DNA of 64,000 bases, taken from positions 15,812,001 through 15,876,000 of the forward strand of contig CM052817.1 of assembly GCA_028534125.1 (NCBI GenBank). The letters are read 5' to 3'. The notes under the pieces were generated by a model. It was not told where the DNA came from. It made no database searches and saw only the letters and a list, made by a program, of their open reading frames with translations. The first letter of the stretch is position 1; each line of letters begins with the position of its first letter. Of the stretch, positions 39,280 to 51,901 are shown piece by piece. This stretch comes from Lama glama (Eukaryota). The translations under genes and the position numbers were made by a program.

Positions 39280-40809
39280 AGCAAGTGGCAAAGCTCCCTG
39301 TTTCATGACAGAGTAACTCCAGTCTCAGCTAAAATGTGTACTCCCTAAGGACTCAAATTCTAAGACATCCAAATGGACTCGGTTTGGGACTAAAGCAAGA
39401 TCTTATCACATGATGCATTTTTATGAGATATTTTCTAATTGGGGGAAGTGTTTGAAAGCAGAGAAGGGGCATACTTTTTTCTTTCTTTTCTTTTTGCTTT
39501 GCTTATTTAATCAACAAAACAGCCCATATTTGTTAAGGTCTAAACAAACTCCTCCACCCAGAAATCGGCTGTGCCCGTGGCAGTAGGGAAAACCAGCTCC
39601 CGAAGTCTTACTGCAGTTTGCTGTGCTCCATATAAGGAGAACAAGGAACAAAATTCCATCCTTTAAGGTTCCTTCTGATTATTTCCATTTCTCTCATAGG
39701 CTCTCAGAAAACAAGAGTTAGTAAGTACAGTCAGTGCTGCTCTGCCTAGATCAGCGTAGTTTCCCGGCTGCCTTTTTTTTCCCCCCCATACATGTAGCAT
39801 TTCCTCTAACTGCCTTAGGGTGCCTTTTTGAATAAACACTGGATTCCAACCCTAGTGCCCTGGGTTGTACAGTTTGCGTTTGAGACCAAGAATGTCCGTG
39901 GAGTAAGGGAAAAATACCGACATGCCATTAGCAGAAATATTCATTTCTTGAGCTTTTTCATTTTTAAAATTTTTCAGCTTGTAGCCTGAGACAATGAGGG
40001 CTAATGCAGGCGCAACTGTTTTATGATGACACTACGTATTGAATACATAACAAACTCAAGGTACTAGACAACACCGAAAGACACTTCCCATTACACCACC
40101 GTGGTCTGATTTAACCCTTCCAAGATCCAGAGTGATGTACACATGTACGTATATTTGTGAATATACATGTTTTTATAAAATTTTTACCCACTACACTTTG
40201 GATATCAGCTTGATTCTTTTACCTGATTATAAATTATCTGAAAAAGAATTCCCCAGGTATCAAAAAATAATTCTAAAGCAATATTAATTTAATCTCCTCT
40301 TCCACTAAGGTTAATTTAATGAATTCTCTATTGTCCATCTCTTTAAAAGGAAAAATATAGTGATTTGCTAACTATAAAGTTGCTCAAATATTAAAGTGAA
40401 AGAAAGAAAAACAAACAGAAAAACCAAAAAACACCACACTGTTTCCTCTTTCAGACCACATATATCTTAGATTTGTCTACTCTGATATCTGCAACAAGTT
40501 GCTAGTATATTCCTGAATAATGTGATGAAATTGACAGTTTGTCATTACTGGACATAAAAAGGTGGCCAAAAGCTTTGACATTTTAAGTTAGCTGAATACA
40601 TTTCACTGGCACATTTTCCCTCTTACAAATAGCGGAAAATTACTGTAGTTTTAATTTTCTAAATCAAGAAAGAACAGGAAAATACAACCTCGGGAAGGCT
40701 TTTATACATGCAATTAGTGGCATTACTCTGCACTCCCCACAAAGAAACACTAATTTTCTTCCCAATTATATTCTGATTTAATGTAAAACTACAGTAAATT
40801 ATTAAATTC

Positions 40810-40822
40810 AGGGCAAAGGTCA
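40810..40822 (+). promoter_or_regulatory. DR1 / PPRE (AGGGCA A AGGTCA)
   Basis: Near-perfect DR1 with an AT-rich 5' flank, ~1.9-2 kb upstream. A PPRE is known at about this distance in the PGC-1alpha promoter. Confidence 0.75.
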
Positions 40823-40975
40823 TTGGCTCTACCCTCCACACAGTCAACTGTGAAATAATATTGGTCACTTGACCAAGAAGAGTTGATGTTTATTAATTAT
40901 TATCAGGTGATCCCTGGGTCGTGTTATTCTCTGATACTTTGTGTTCATTGAATGCTAGGTATCCATTACATATAT

Positions 40976-40977
<2 letters not shown>

Positions 40978-41010
<33 letters not shown>
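40978..41010. repeat. (CA)n microsatellite ~2.1 kb upstream of exon 1a
   Basis: Seen directly in the sequence. Confidence 0.95.
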
Positions 41011-41011
<1 letters not shown>

Positions 41012-44000
41012 CCTATTCACATCTTTTAGAGATGTTCTTTACACTGGAACATTTTGCATTATTGTTTTTGATATCTTAACCCACTCATCTTATGTTGTTG
41101 GGGTTTTCCTGTTTGTCTTTTTACCACCTCATTTCACTTTTTCTTGATCAAATCAGTACATCCATTGAAACCAGAGGTGTTTTTCTTATATATATATATG
41201 CTTGCTTTTTTTCCTTAGCATTACAAAGAGGGTTAGTTAGGAGTCAAAACATTGAAATGATTTATAAACTATAGCATACTGCAAACTTCCCCTCAAGTTT
41301 CTATTACTGTTCAAATAAAAATATAAATAATTATTGGGACAAATTAGAGTAGATTCCACTATTTTTTTTTAATATCAAAATTACAACTCTAATGAGAGGG
41401 ATATTTTGAAGGTCTTATAACTTGGCTAATTAGCTCTTCAGATTAAAATTTCTCTTCTGTCCAGTTTTCTTCTCTCAGGAGAACTTAAATTGTTCGTTGC
41501 TCACCAACCTCGGTCTTCTCTGGCTTCCCAGGAGGTTTCCACACTTAATACCTGCTCTGCCTTGACTGTTTCTCTTCCTTCCTCCCTGCAGCCCTCTTTT
41601 CACCCCTTCATCAACTCTGCTTCCAGGAGCTCCAAATGTTTAGTTGCAATTGACAAGGATCTATTGAAACCTTAACTGTGTCCCCAGTAACATATTGCAA
41701 GGACTGCCAAGGAGGCATATGTCATGGACACAAGGAAGCTTATAATTTGGGGAGATGACAGACCTTAAAAACGGAGAACAATCTGATATGAAATAAACAA
41801 GGCTAATTTGCTCAATATCCAGATTCCTGTGCTCTTTAAAACACACCCTTTCTAGGTAAAAGGTCCTTTCACTAACCATTAAATTCACACCCAAGTCAAC
41901 CCCATTTTGTCCTAACAATAGAAGAAGGTATTTATTAACATCTGTGGAGTGTCCATAATGTTCCATATCTACACAGGGCCTAGATTCCACCCCAGTGGAA
42001 TTTCTCCCCTCAGTAGTTCTGTTAACGTTTCCCAAGACTCCAGCATTGGTGGAGACAAGAGAATCTATCCTTAAAGCTGGTAACAGGGGAGATAATAAAC
42101 CTTCAAGAGAATAATTCAATTCTATTAAAAAAAAATTGACAAAGTACCTAACTTCTGGGTTTCCTTCCCTACTCCTGCCCCAGATCACAGGCTCTTCCCA
42201 CCATCCATATTTCAGACAATGGCCACTTCTGAAAAGTAAACACAATCGAACCCAAATACCCAAGTAGACAACAGCAGAGAGAATTGGTTTTAGCCTTATT
42301 CTTGTATATAGGTGAGAACTCAGAAGTAAAGAGCGACTAGTATAAATATCTTTGCTCATTTGTTTTCATACGCTTTCAATAAGCTACCTGAAAATATATT
42401 TGAGGCTGAAACTTTTCAAGAGAGAAAAATGGAGAAGAAGACAGACAGCAGACTTACACGGGCCAGACACTGAGATTAGCATTTTATATACTACATTTAA
42501 ATAATTTAGTCCTAAAAACTACCCAGTAAAGATTACCTGTGTCCCTACTTTATAACAGAGAAAAATAAGGCAGAGCAAGGATTTAGATAGCAGCTGAAAA
42601 GAGCATACAGGGAAGAGATGTCTGCAAACCCTTCTAGGGAGAACTGAAGTTTCATACATAAGAATAATATTCATTTCCAAATCAAAAGCACAGCAAAGTA
42701 CCCCCAGGCAACTTTATAACCAAGAGACTTGTCTACTAAACTGGAAACCAACATTCCTGGGAATGCTGCCTGCCTAGAAAGGAAAAGGATCTGCGCAGAA
42801 TGGCTAATATTTTTAAAGTTAATCATTGCTAACAGGCATTCAGTTGCTTGCTTTTAATTCCTAGAGGGGCTAATTGATCCTGATACCCCATGTCAGTGTC
42901 TGAGCACGTGCTTTGAGCCTCCAGGACATGTCTGAAGCTGTGACCGTGCAGGACACAAAAGTTGGTAGCAGGGCAGGGTATAACAAAGGCCTCTGGCTTA
43001 TAAACACTCTAAAATGCAGTCTTATTTTACAAAACAGCCATGGTCATGTCACTGTACACAAAGCACCTTTGGGAAAAAAACTGAAGAAAATTAGTAGACA
43101 GCTTTAGTGCCTCCTAACATTCATTTATTTATTTTATTTTTACTTTTTTAAAATAAGCAAGCAGTGATGTCAACACATCTCTCATCTCCCATAAAACCTT
43201 CTGTAGACCAGCTGTATGCAACTGAGTCAGCCTTTATTTTACCACGGACCTCAAAAGCTGCTGTTGGCATTTTTTACATTAAAACAGAAAAAATAATGTG
43301 AAAATTAATCCGAATTGCAGTCAGTTGGACCCATCTAAACATAAAACAAGAAGAATGCTTATTAGGCCCACAGATAAAAGATAATACAAGGATGGTTAAA
43401 ACCTGATTTTGTTGGGTGCTTAACTCTGCTGTATTTGTCTATCTACAGACATTTTCATTTCCTTTATTATTTCAGGTTAATTCATCTATAATGCAGTGAG
43501 TTACTGATTATTTAAACAAGAAATATACAATAGGATTATTTAGCAATTTTTTTTTACTGAAACTGAAAATAAAGCACATCATATTTTATTAAATTTGGTA
43601 GTATATACAAATTTAATCTGCTATTGAACTTCAATAACATAATAATTCACTTAGAAGAAAGATATTTTATCACCTAATGAAGTTGGTGAGGGTCAGAGAA
43701 AACTGGGTACACAAATTATTAAATTAAAAAAAAACTGTTGATTAAATAGTTCTCCCTGGTACTTATTTCTAGAACTGGGGTCCTAATAAGCTTAACTTTT
43801 TTTGATTTTAGAGAACAAACTTGTATGTTCAAGAATTCTCAAAATAGAAGAGTTAAATAAGTGAAGTTTTTTTCTTTTTCTCTTTCTTTCTTTCTTTTTT
43901 TTTTTTTTTAATCCCACCAGATAAGACTTGGAAGCATTTTGGTTATTTTGCTTTTGTTTCTGTAACAGACTTTTCCAGTGCTTAGGTATTTGAATTTTAC

Positions 44001-44239
44001 TCTAGCAAAGTTAATATATATCTAAAAATGAGGGGATGTAGAAAGGAAATAAATTCTCATCTTAGGAAGAAATTAGCTTAACGTCTAAGCTAAGTTTTGT
44101 GATGTCTTATATAAAAGCTTACTTTATATTTGCTAGCCCAACTAGACACAGGCTTTTTGAGGAAATATTTTTAATCAAGAAGACCACTTCTAAGATTGAC
44201 CTCCACATTTAGCAGCTCCAAAATAGATGTCAAATACTA

Positions 44240-44850
44240 CTGGTAGGATTACAAGTGAGTACAAATTTTTCTAGAGGACAAACAGGCAGTATGTATCAAA
44301 AATGTTAAAATTGGGCATCCCTGTAGATCCAGAAATTCTACTTCCAGAAATTCATCTTAAGGAAATAACAGGGGTGTGTGTGCAAAGATTTTTGGTATAA
44401 GGATAGTCGTCAATACTACATAATTTACCTTATTAAAAACTTAAAGCAGTTGTAAATGCCCAACTATAATGGCCTAGTTAGATAAATTATAGCGCACTAT
44501 ATATATAAAACCTCATATATTCATTATGTATGTATATTCAATGCTATCATTAAAAACCTGTTGTAAGACACATTTAATGGCATAATGAGAAAATGTTCAA
44601 AATATATTAAGGTTTAAAATGATGTTGGAAAAAACTATAATTGCAACAAATTTTCATATAAATACATATATATACACTCAGAAGGAAAGACAAGGAAGGA
44701 GAACAAGGAGAAAGCATAACCAGGTGTTAATAGTGGCCAATGACATTGTGTTCCTTCTAATTTGGGTACATACGTGAGTATATGTGTCTTTCTGTAATTT
44801 TTTAAAATTTTCTTTGATAAACATGTATAACTTTTGTATTCAGAGGAAGA
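44240..44850 (+). mobile_element. Ancient L1M (L1MC/L1ME-like) 3' fragment
   Basis: GGCAGTATGTATCAAAA..GATCCAGAAATTCTACTTCCAGAAATTCATCTTAAGGAAATAA..AAATGCCCAACTATA..GATAAATTAT. Confidence 0.65.
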
Positions 44851-47800
44851 AAAACTCTTCACTTTTTACAGAAATACAGAGATGCAGGCTTTTGACTGAG
44901 CCTTCTAAACATGCAAGGAATGTAGCAAATAGAAATGGCCCCTGACATCCCATATAAGTCTCAATATTCATCATATATTTAAAAGGAAGCCATTTCTGTC
45001 TATCACGTCGAGTCTAACAGCCACTCCGCTCAGGATACAAGGCTGGGAGAAGTTACTCCCTGGCACTCTGAGGAACCCTCTCAGCCCTGAATTATAGGGA
45101 GAGGAAAACTATCAACTACTAGCTTGCCTCAGAGGTGGGCCCGAACCACGGACCCCCCCAGATGCCACTACTGTCTTCACTTTGTTTCTCAACTGGAAAT
45201 TTCACCAATTAAGTTAGACCAACGTTCCATTCAAAGATGCAGCTATCCTTGGCAGGGTTAAGGGGGCTTCGTTTATTTATACCAAAAGCATCTACTTGTT
45301 CATCATATTTTTTTTCTTACCCTTCCAGAATCTAACAGAGTTCAGAAGCATACACCAAGAAAATTAAAAACGAGTAAATGCTTTCAGAATGGTATGACAA
45401 AACTATTAAGAAAGTTTCTCAAGAAGGGATTTTTACTGACTGGGGAATCGCAAGGCAGTTCTGGAAGGAAGAAGGGAAGGACTGTTGGAGGTGCGTCTTT
45501 GACTGGAGACAATGAAACTGACTGGAAGAGGAAAATTCAGTCCAAGCTACAAACCAGTGACTTGCAAGGTAACTTCTGGAATACAGTCTGTTTCTAAACG
45601 TGGAGCCACCCAGGTGAATGCTGTTACGTTGCAGCCCTGTTCTCAGGCAGGAAGCTCATTCTGGGTTGTCCAAATGTCACATCAGAGCCTGAACCACCCC
45701 CTCTCCCCAGCAAGGCTGACTATCTCCACAGGAATGAAAGCTGTGCTATTGGCCTCTTGGAGTTAAAATTTCTCACAGTTTCATGAGTCTTTCCTGCAAA
45801 TCACTCTTCATACACTTGAGTGAACATGATTTTGACCATCAAGAATTTTTGTGAGAAGAGGGTTCATGGGGCTGGAAGCAAGGCCAAGTCTGTGAGCTTT
45901 AAAGGGACTGCATGAGGCCCAAGTCTTCCCAATAAGTAGAGTGACTTTATGGATCTTGATTTAGTCCAAAATGGAAGAGGAAGGATGGGAAGAAAGACAT
46001 GGGTCCTCACTCAGCTGTGTGGTTGGCCTGCAGTTCAACTTTGGGCAATTCACTTAATGATTTTAAGCCTCAGTTTCCTTATCTGTCAATGGAGATGGCT
46101 GGATTCAATTAGATCTAAGATCCCTGCCACCTCTCAAATGAAATGAAGTGTCTTCCTTGACAGAGACAGGCAACCTGAGGAGAATTCCTTGCACAGGGTG
46201 AATCCAAATGTTCCATTGTACAAAGCCACTAGAAGCCAGGGAGGACATGCAAGAAAGGTATTCAGTGCTCAGCTTTGCTGAAAGACCATAGCTTCATCAC
46301 TTTCCTTGCAAGATGGATATTTAACTTCCTAACGATTTCAGAAAAAGAACACAAGAGAACTTGGGAAATGTAATCATTTGATGCACATTGGCTGTAAGAA
46401 GACTGGCTTCTATAGACCTAGGGTTCTTACAAAGGTCAGCTCATTGCCCCAGAGAAATAGCAAACTTTCATCTTGTTTATCGTTAATTCTATTAAGTAGT
46501 ACAAGTCATGTAGAAGATCAAGTCCTTGCTTGCATAGTAAGGATGAAAAACACAAAGCTGATCTGATAGTGACTATTCACTCATGCCTGCAATATAGAAG
46601 CAACTGAACATACTAATATGTGATTTGGTTTTACAGCAGGTATGAAACGATGTTAACCCAGAGAGAGAAGATTTAGGAAAGAGGATGGATCCTAAATTTA
46701 AGGTTCTGTAAAAAGAAATAAGGCTTAGAGTATCTAGGGAAATAAGAGCTTAAAGTAACTCTTTTGCCCCCTAATACCAGAGCATCTCCCCACCTCCCTT
46801 AAATAAAAAGTTCATTGTACTTGGTAAAAGGAGACCTTACCTCTTTTTAATTTGAGAAGAATCATCTGAGATATTACTGTAGGGTGTGGAGAGAGACAAA
46901 GTCAGATGCCTAAAATATTTCATCCTGGAATTATCAGCAACTGTATGAAACCAACGCTGAATCACAAGATGTATAGTTGATGTATCATTGGGAGTTAGTG
47001 AGTTTTCCTATTTAGCTGTTTCCTTTGTACATACAACCTGATTTAGAAGGAGGTAGATCTGTGCTTCAGAACCAAGTAATCTGTGAACCAAGTCAACGTG
47101 GAGAGATTTTCCTTTAGGGCTGAATTAATAGCCATAGGCACATTAACTTCCCTAATAGAAATTTTGAAGAGGGATCCCTGGTGACCATGGAGTAAGCAAA
47201 GTAAGACCAGGTAAATGATAGACTCGGGCAGGACAAAGCCTGGGTAAACCTCCAGCCATCCTCAGACAACGCTGGCCATTCATGCAGTATCCTCTACCAT
47301 GACAAATGTAACTTCCTATTGTCCTGCTCCCAGAGAGAAGCAACAATAAGAAAACGAACATAAGAAATCTCGATTTCTGGGCCTGTGAAACAATCTCCAA
47401 AAGGCAGTTTACAAGAGTCTCCCTTTTCAACAGTCCAAAAACTTTATTTTTCTCTAAAGAGTCCAGATTGTACTTTGCCCCAAGCAGATGATCAGAAAGG
47501 ATTCTTTTCCTCTCTCTTTTCAAAACAAAAATCTCTGACAACTCCTGCGCTGTAACTTTCTACCATCCATCTCAGGACATCCATTTCCATGTAGGGTACC
47601 TAAAAATAGGCCACACCTAACCTTTTGCACAGCCATACAAAGCTACTGAGTGGGAACTCCAGCCCGGCGCTCTCCCGCGGGTATTTTCAGACTGTGCCCT
47701 CTTTGTCTTCCCTATTATATTACCCTATGTTGAATATTGCGTAAAAACACAGGACAAGAGGGGTTGGCTGGGAGGTACCTTGCATTGCATCCGCTAAGGC

Positions 47801-47959
47801 TCCATGTTTGAGCTTTGTTATTTGCTGTACACTGAATCAAAGGAAACTATGGCTAATAACGTTCTAAAAAGAGCAACTTAAATCAAATTAATGTTCAATA
47901 AACTTATTAATTCCACTCATAATACTATAGTCATTGAGGCTCTTACACACTTCAGAAGT

Positions 47960-48341
47960 ACAGCCAAAGGCGCCAATGGGAATGAATACACTTCTATTAG
48001 CTCAAAATTTGGATAAATCCCACAAACATAATGTGAAGCAAAAGTAGCCAGACACACCAAAAAAGTGCACACCTGATTCTTCTAGTCTTTACATAAACAA
48101 TGACAGACACAGCTATGCCTAATTTATGCGCCTGGAACGCAGGATAGAGGTTGCCTTTGGTGGTGGTTGGAGGCCGGAAGCGTGGTGTGGGGGAGGGGCT
48201 CCAGAAAGCTAGTTGTGGTTTATTTCCTGCTGTCAGTGCTGGTTACATGGGTGTGTTTAGTTAGTGAAAGTTCATGGAGCTAAACCCTTATGATACAGGC
48301 ACTTCTCAGCATTCACAGTATACGTCAATAGGAAGTTTAAA
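47960..48341 (+). mobile_element. Ancient L1M 3'UTR fragment
   Basis: TGGATAAATCCCACAAACATAATGTGA..AGCCAGACAC..GTGCTGGTTACATGGGTGTGTTTAGTT..GTATACGTCAATA. Confidence 0.65.
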
Positions 48342-48699
48342 GAGCACAAAGGAGAAAGAGAAAAGAGTGTTCCTACATTACCAAGTTTTAAATTTCGCGT
48401 CCTTTCAGTTAAAAAAAAAATTTGGAACGTTTGATTCATCTGAAAGAAGCCAGTTAGACAATCAGAAGAGGAGTAGGAATCAAGGGACCTGATGTGTAGA
48501 TTTGTTTGTTGACCTTGGACAAAGCCATTTCAACTTTCTAGATCTACTTTCTATCAAAAGATGCGATAGGATTCGGCATCTCTGAATGTATTTCTTCAGT
48601 GAATGAAGCGAAGGAAACTTCCAACTCTAAAACATAGTATCTTGCCCTGGGTTTAAAATTTGTTGTGAAAGGGAGTCTTTGACTTGGTTTGAAAACATG

Positions 48700-48915
48700 G
48701 TCTCATTCTCTGAGAACATAACCTTTGGGATCAGATCTGCCACTTGGTATCTGTGTGATCCTGAGTGAGTTACCTAAACTATCTGACCTTTCATTCTCAT
48801 CTCTGAAAACGACAATAAAAACACCTTTTTTTGCAGGATTTGTGTTAGGGTTAAATGAGATATATATGAGCCTGGTGCTTGGCAGATAAGAAGTACTCCG
48901 TAAGGATACCTGTTA
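48700..48915 (+). mobile_element. MIR SINE
   Basis: TCTGCCACTTGGTATCTGTGTGATCCTGAGTGAGTTACCTAAAC..GGGTTAAATGAGATA. Confidence 0.7.
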
Positions 48916-49645
48916 TTCACATATGGATACTTAAAAGGCATTTAACATCAAGCACCATTAAAGCAGATGAATAAGTTTGCTCTTTACCTGGCCTCCTCAT
49001 CTAAAAAAGTTCTAGAAACATAGCAGAACTGACTTTCTTTTGAAGTCTTACATTAAGCTGACTTTCTGTGAGCGTGCACGCAGAATCATCACCAAGGCTG
49101 TCGGTCTGCCAAGTGTCTGTACCTGAAGGAAAGTAAAACCAGCCTCGTACCAGTCCTGACCTGGCTCTGCCTCTACAGAGACCAGAAGCAGCAAGTGCAG
49201 AAAACAGTTTTTGTTTCCATGATGCTGGCCACAGAAGTGATTTGAGCCAAAAGTCTTTCAAGAGTCTCTCTGTTAAGAGACAAGACATCCATATGGTGCC
49301 TGAAAACTGACAAGATCCCATGAGTTCGCAAATTCGAGAAGATTTGCAAAGTAGCAGATAGGGTTTTAAAATGATGAGATCTATGAGGCAAGAATGGAAA
49401 AGAAAGCCACAGGAGCAAAACAATCCAATATCAAGTCAATTTCGCCACCAATGGCCCATCAACTAAATCGTCCCAGCATTTACGCTCTTCTCGAATTTGT
49501 GATCAATCAGACAATCACTTTTTAAATTGATAGCATGATATAAAGGATATGTGATATTTTGTCTAAGATATTTAAGGGTTTTTTTTTCTTTCAAGTAATT
49601 TTTCTGTGTAAGGATGTCCTGCCAAGTTGGCATATAAGTTGACAA

Positions 49646-49941
49646 CCGTGGCGTCCAACGCAGCAGCCACTATTCACGTATGAGCATCTGAAATGTGTCC
49701 GGTCAAAATTGTGATGTGCTGTCCATGCAAAATATACAGAGGATCTCAAAGTCTTAAGCATAAACAACTGAATGGAAGATACCTCATCAATAATTTACAG
49801 TGATGACATATGGATATAATATTTTGGACATATTAGAAAAAAAGATTTTATTAAAATTAAATTTACCTTGTCCAAATGCAGTGACTAGAAAATTCAAAAT
49901 TACATATACAATGTGTATAATCTTCCTGTTTGACAATGGTG
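49646..49941. mobile_element. MER33/MER3-like hAT-Charlie element
   Basis: GTCCAA..GCCACTA..TGAGCATCTGAAATGTG..GATGTGCTGT..ATTAAAATTAAATTTACC..GACTAGAAAATTCAAAATTACATAT. Confidence 0.7.
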
Positions 49942-51698
49942 GCCTGAAGTTTTGCACTCAAGTAAGTGCTATCATAGATGCCAATAAAATGAATGAATGA
50001 CAAGATGAGGAAATTTCAGAATAAAAGGGGGTATTAGAGCAGGGCCCCCGCAACACACAGCTCTGGGGAGCACCACTCCCATCCCAGCCAGTCAAGAGTG
50101 GTCCTTGGATTTTTAACCCTCTTCCCGCACAGCCCTGTATTAAATGCTGTAAAACCATCCTCCGTGTAGAATCAGGAATCCCTTACACAACATCCCTGAG
50201 GCAATCCCATACATCTTTTCAACACCTTTCCACAACTTTTCAAAACATATACATAATAATGAGATGGAAACTTAGAAGGTGAGTCCCCCAAACCAGGACT
50301 CCAGATTGGGAGGGTAGAAAATAGCGTTGATCATATAAAACTCTACTAGGCTGTGGGAGAAGGCCAGGGCCGCACAAAGTATGCAAAGTCCGAGGGAAGC
50401 AATGTTCTCAAGAAGGCTGTTTTCCTCCTGGAGACCAGAAGCATTTTTCAGAGGGTAACATTCACTTTAATTACAAAACGCACCCGCCTCTCTCTTCCAA
50501 GGGAGAAAAGTCTGTTGTTGCATCTATAATGTAGCTTTAGTTTCTGATGCCAAAAATGATTCAGTAAACACAGTTATGTTATGGTATACTATTTTTTATT
50601 CAGTACTCAGATTAATCTCAAGGCAGTGCTGGCATTAATTCAATTTGATGCCTGCTCTTAGGATTTCACATAGGTGCCTTCACCCAATTTTTCACAACTA
50701 ATAAAATTCTTAATTCACGGTAATATATTTATTTCTAGTTCAGTTCATGTTAAGGAGTGCAATACTTTCCAGAAAACTAATTAATATCAATCATATATTA
50801 TAATGCTTTTAATGGTTCAGAGGAAAATCTTACACGAGGGGAAAGATTAGATGAACCAGGGGGTCTTAACCCATCCTGTTTACTCTATTTTTAGGATTTG
50901 AGAGAAAGATACCAAGCATGCTTTAAAATATTAGTTTAATGGGAGGTGTGCAGCATGGGAAGTCTGGGAATTAAGAACCCTGGTTCTGATCTCTAATAGG
51001 ACATTGATTTGATGTGGCCCAAGAATGTAATTTGCACTCTCAGAAACTCTGTTTCCTACCTATTTTGTGTAACAACCATATAATTTGCAAGTTGGTAAAG
51101 ATATTCAAATTCAGATACATGGCACTATTAAAGTAATGAACAACTTCACTAATAGCATGCCTTCTGCAATTGTCGGTAACAATTCTATTTTTATGTAATG
51201 TTTGAGCAATGCTAATAGCACCATATTTCCTGGGATTGGGCCTATAGTCAGCAAGACAGTACAAGTGAATCCTTCAGTACGACCAAAGCGGTGCCCCCTG
51301 GCGTTGTGCAATGCAGCAGCCCTCAGATTGCATTAAGGAACTACCTTTAAAAGGCCTAATTCTCTCCTAGGTACAAAAGACAGTGTTTATACAATTCTTT
51401 GAACATCTTAAAAAATAATAATACTCATGCAATATGTCCCTTGAAGTTGCAAGGTCATCCTATTCAGCCTTTCCAAATTAGGCATTAGGCATTCATCCAT
51501 TCTATAACAACTTTCCCACACTGGCATGCTACCAAGCAAAAAATAAAGTTTAATAAATAAATAAAAATAAAAGGAGAGGCACATCCTATTCCTTTTTTGC
51601 CTCTTTTAACAATCTGCAAATAAAACCTCTAAATCCGGTAGATAAAGTTTTTTCCCTTAAATCTTGATAATTAGAAAGAAAACTAAAAGCCAAAACAC

Positions 51699-51725
51699 CA
51701 GCAGGATACTGGGTGCACAGAACAT
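51699..51725 (-). CDS. PPARGC1A: Putative exon 1b'/1c coding part (MFCAPSILL) using a downstream donor
   Basis: ATG TTC TGT GCA CCC AGT ATC CTG CTG|GT, 43 nt past the 1b donor. It ends in LL like the recalled 'MLL' isoform-c N-terminus. The donor (GTGTTT) is weak. Confidence 0.4.
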
Positions 51726-51741
51726 GCCTCTTCATACTCAC

Positions 51742-51759
51742 TTGCAAAACTGAATCCAT
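51742..51759 (-). CDS. PPARGC1A: Alternative first exon 1b, in-frame coding part (MDSVLQ)
   Basis: Minus strand ...GGGTTATCATTT ATG GAT TCA GTT TTG CAA|GTGAGT resembles recalled human/mouse exon 1b (MLGLSSMDSILK). It lies ~13 kb upstream of exon 1a, has a strong donor and is phase 0, compatible with exon 2. Confidence 0.75.
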
Positions 51760-51856
51760 AAATGATAACCCCCAAGACGCGTGCCATTCATTTCACTGCA
51801 GTGTAAATAGGTGCACAGCAGGTTGAGGGAACACTCAGGACAGGGGCTCACACGGG

Positions 51857-51901
51857 CTACTTTTTAATTCACAAGGGCATGATGACGTGGGAGGGCACCT
51901 G
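51857..51901 (-). promoter_or_regulatory. Distal (alternative) promoter core: TATA-like ATTAAAAA (51868-51861), variant CRE TGACGTGG (51883-51890), E-box CACCTG (51896-51901)
   Basis: Motif cluster directly upstream of the exon 1b homologue; fits the known variant-CRE/E-box alternative promoter. Confidence 0.7.

Noticed and set aside
41661..42359. 232-aa minus-strand ORF between the two promoters
   Set aside because: No recognisable homology; composition typical of non-coding sequence.
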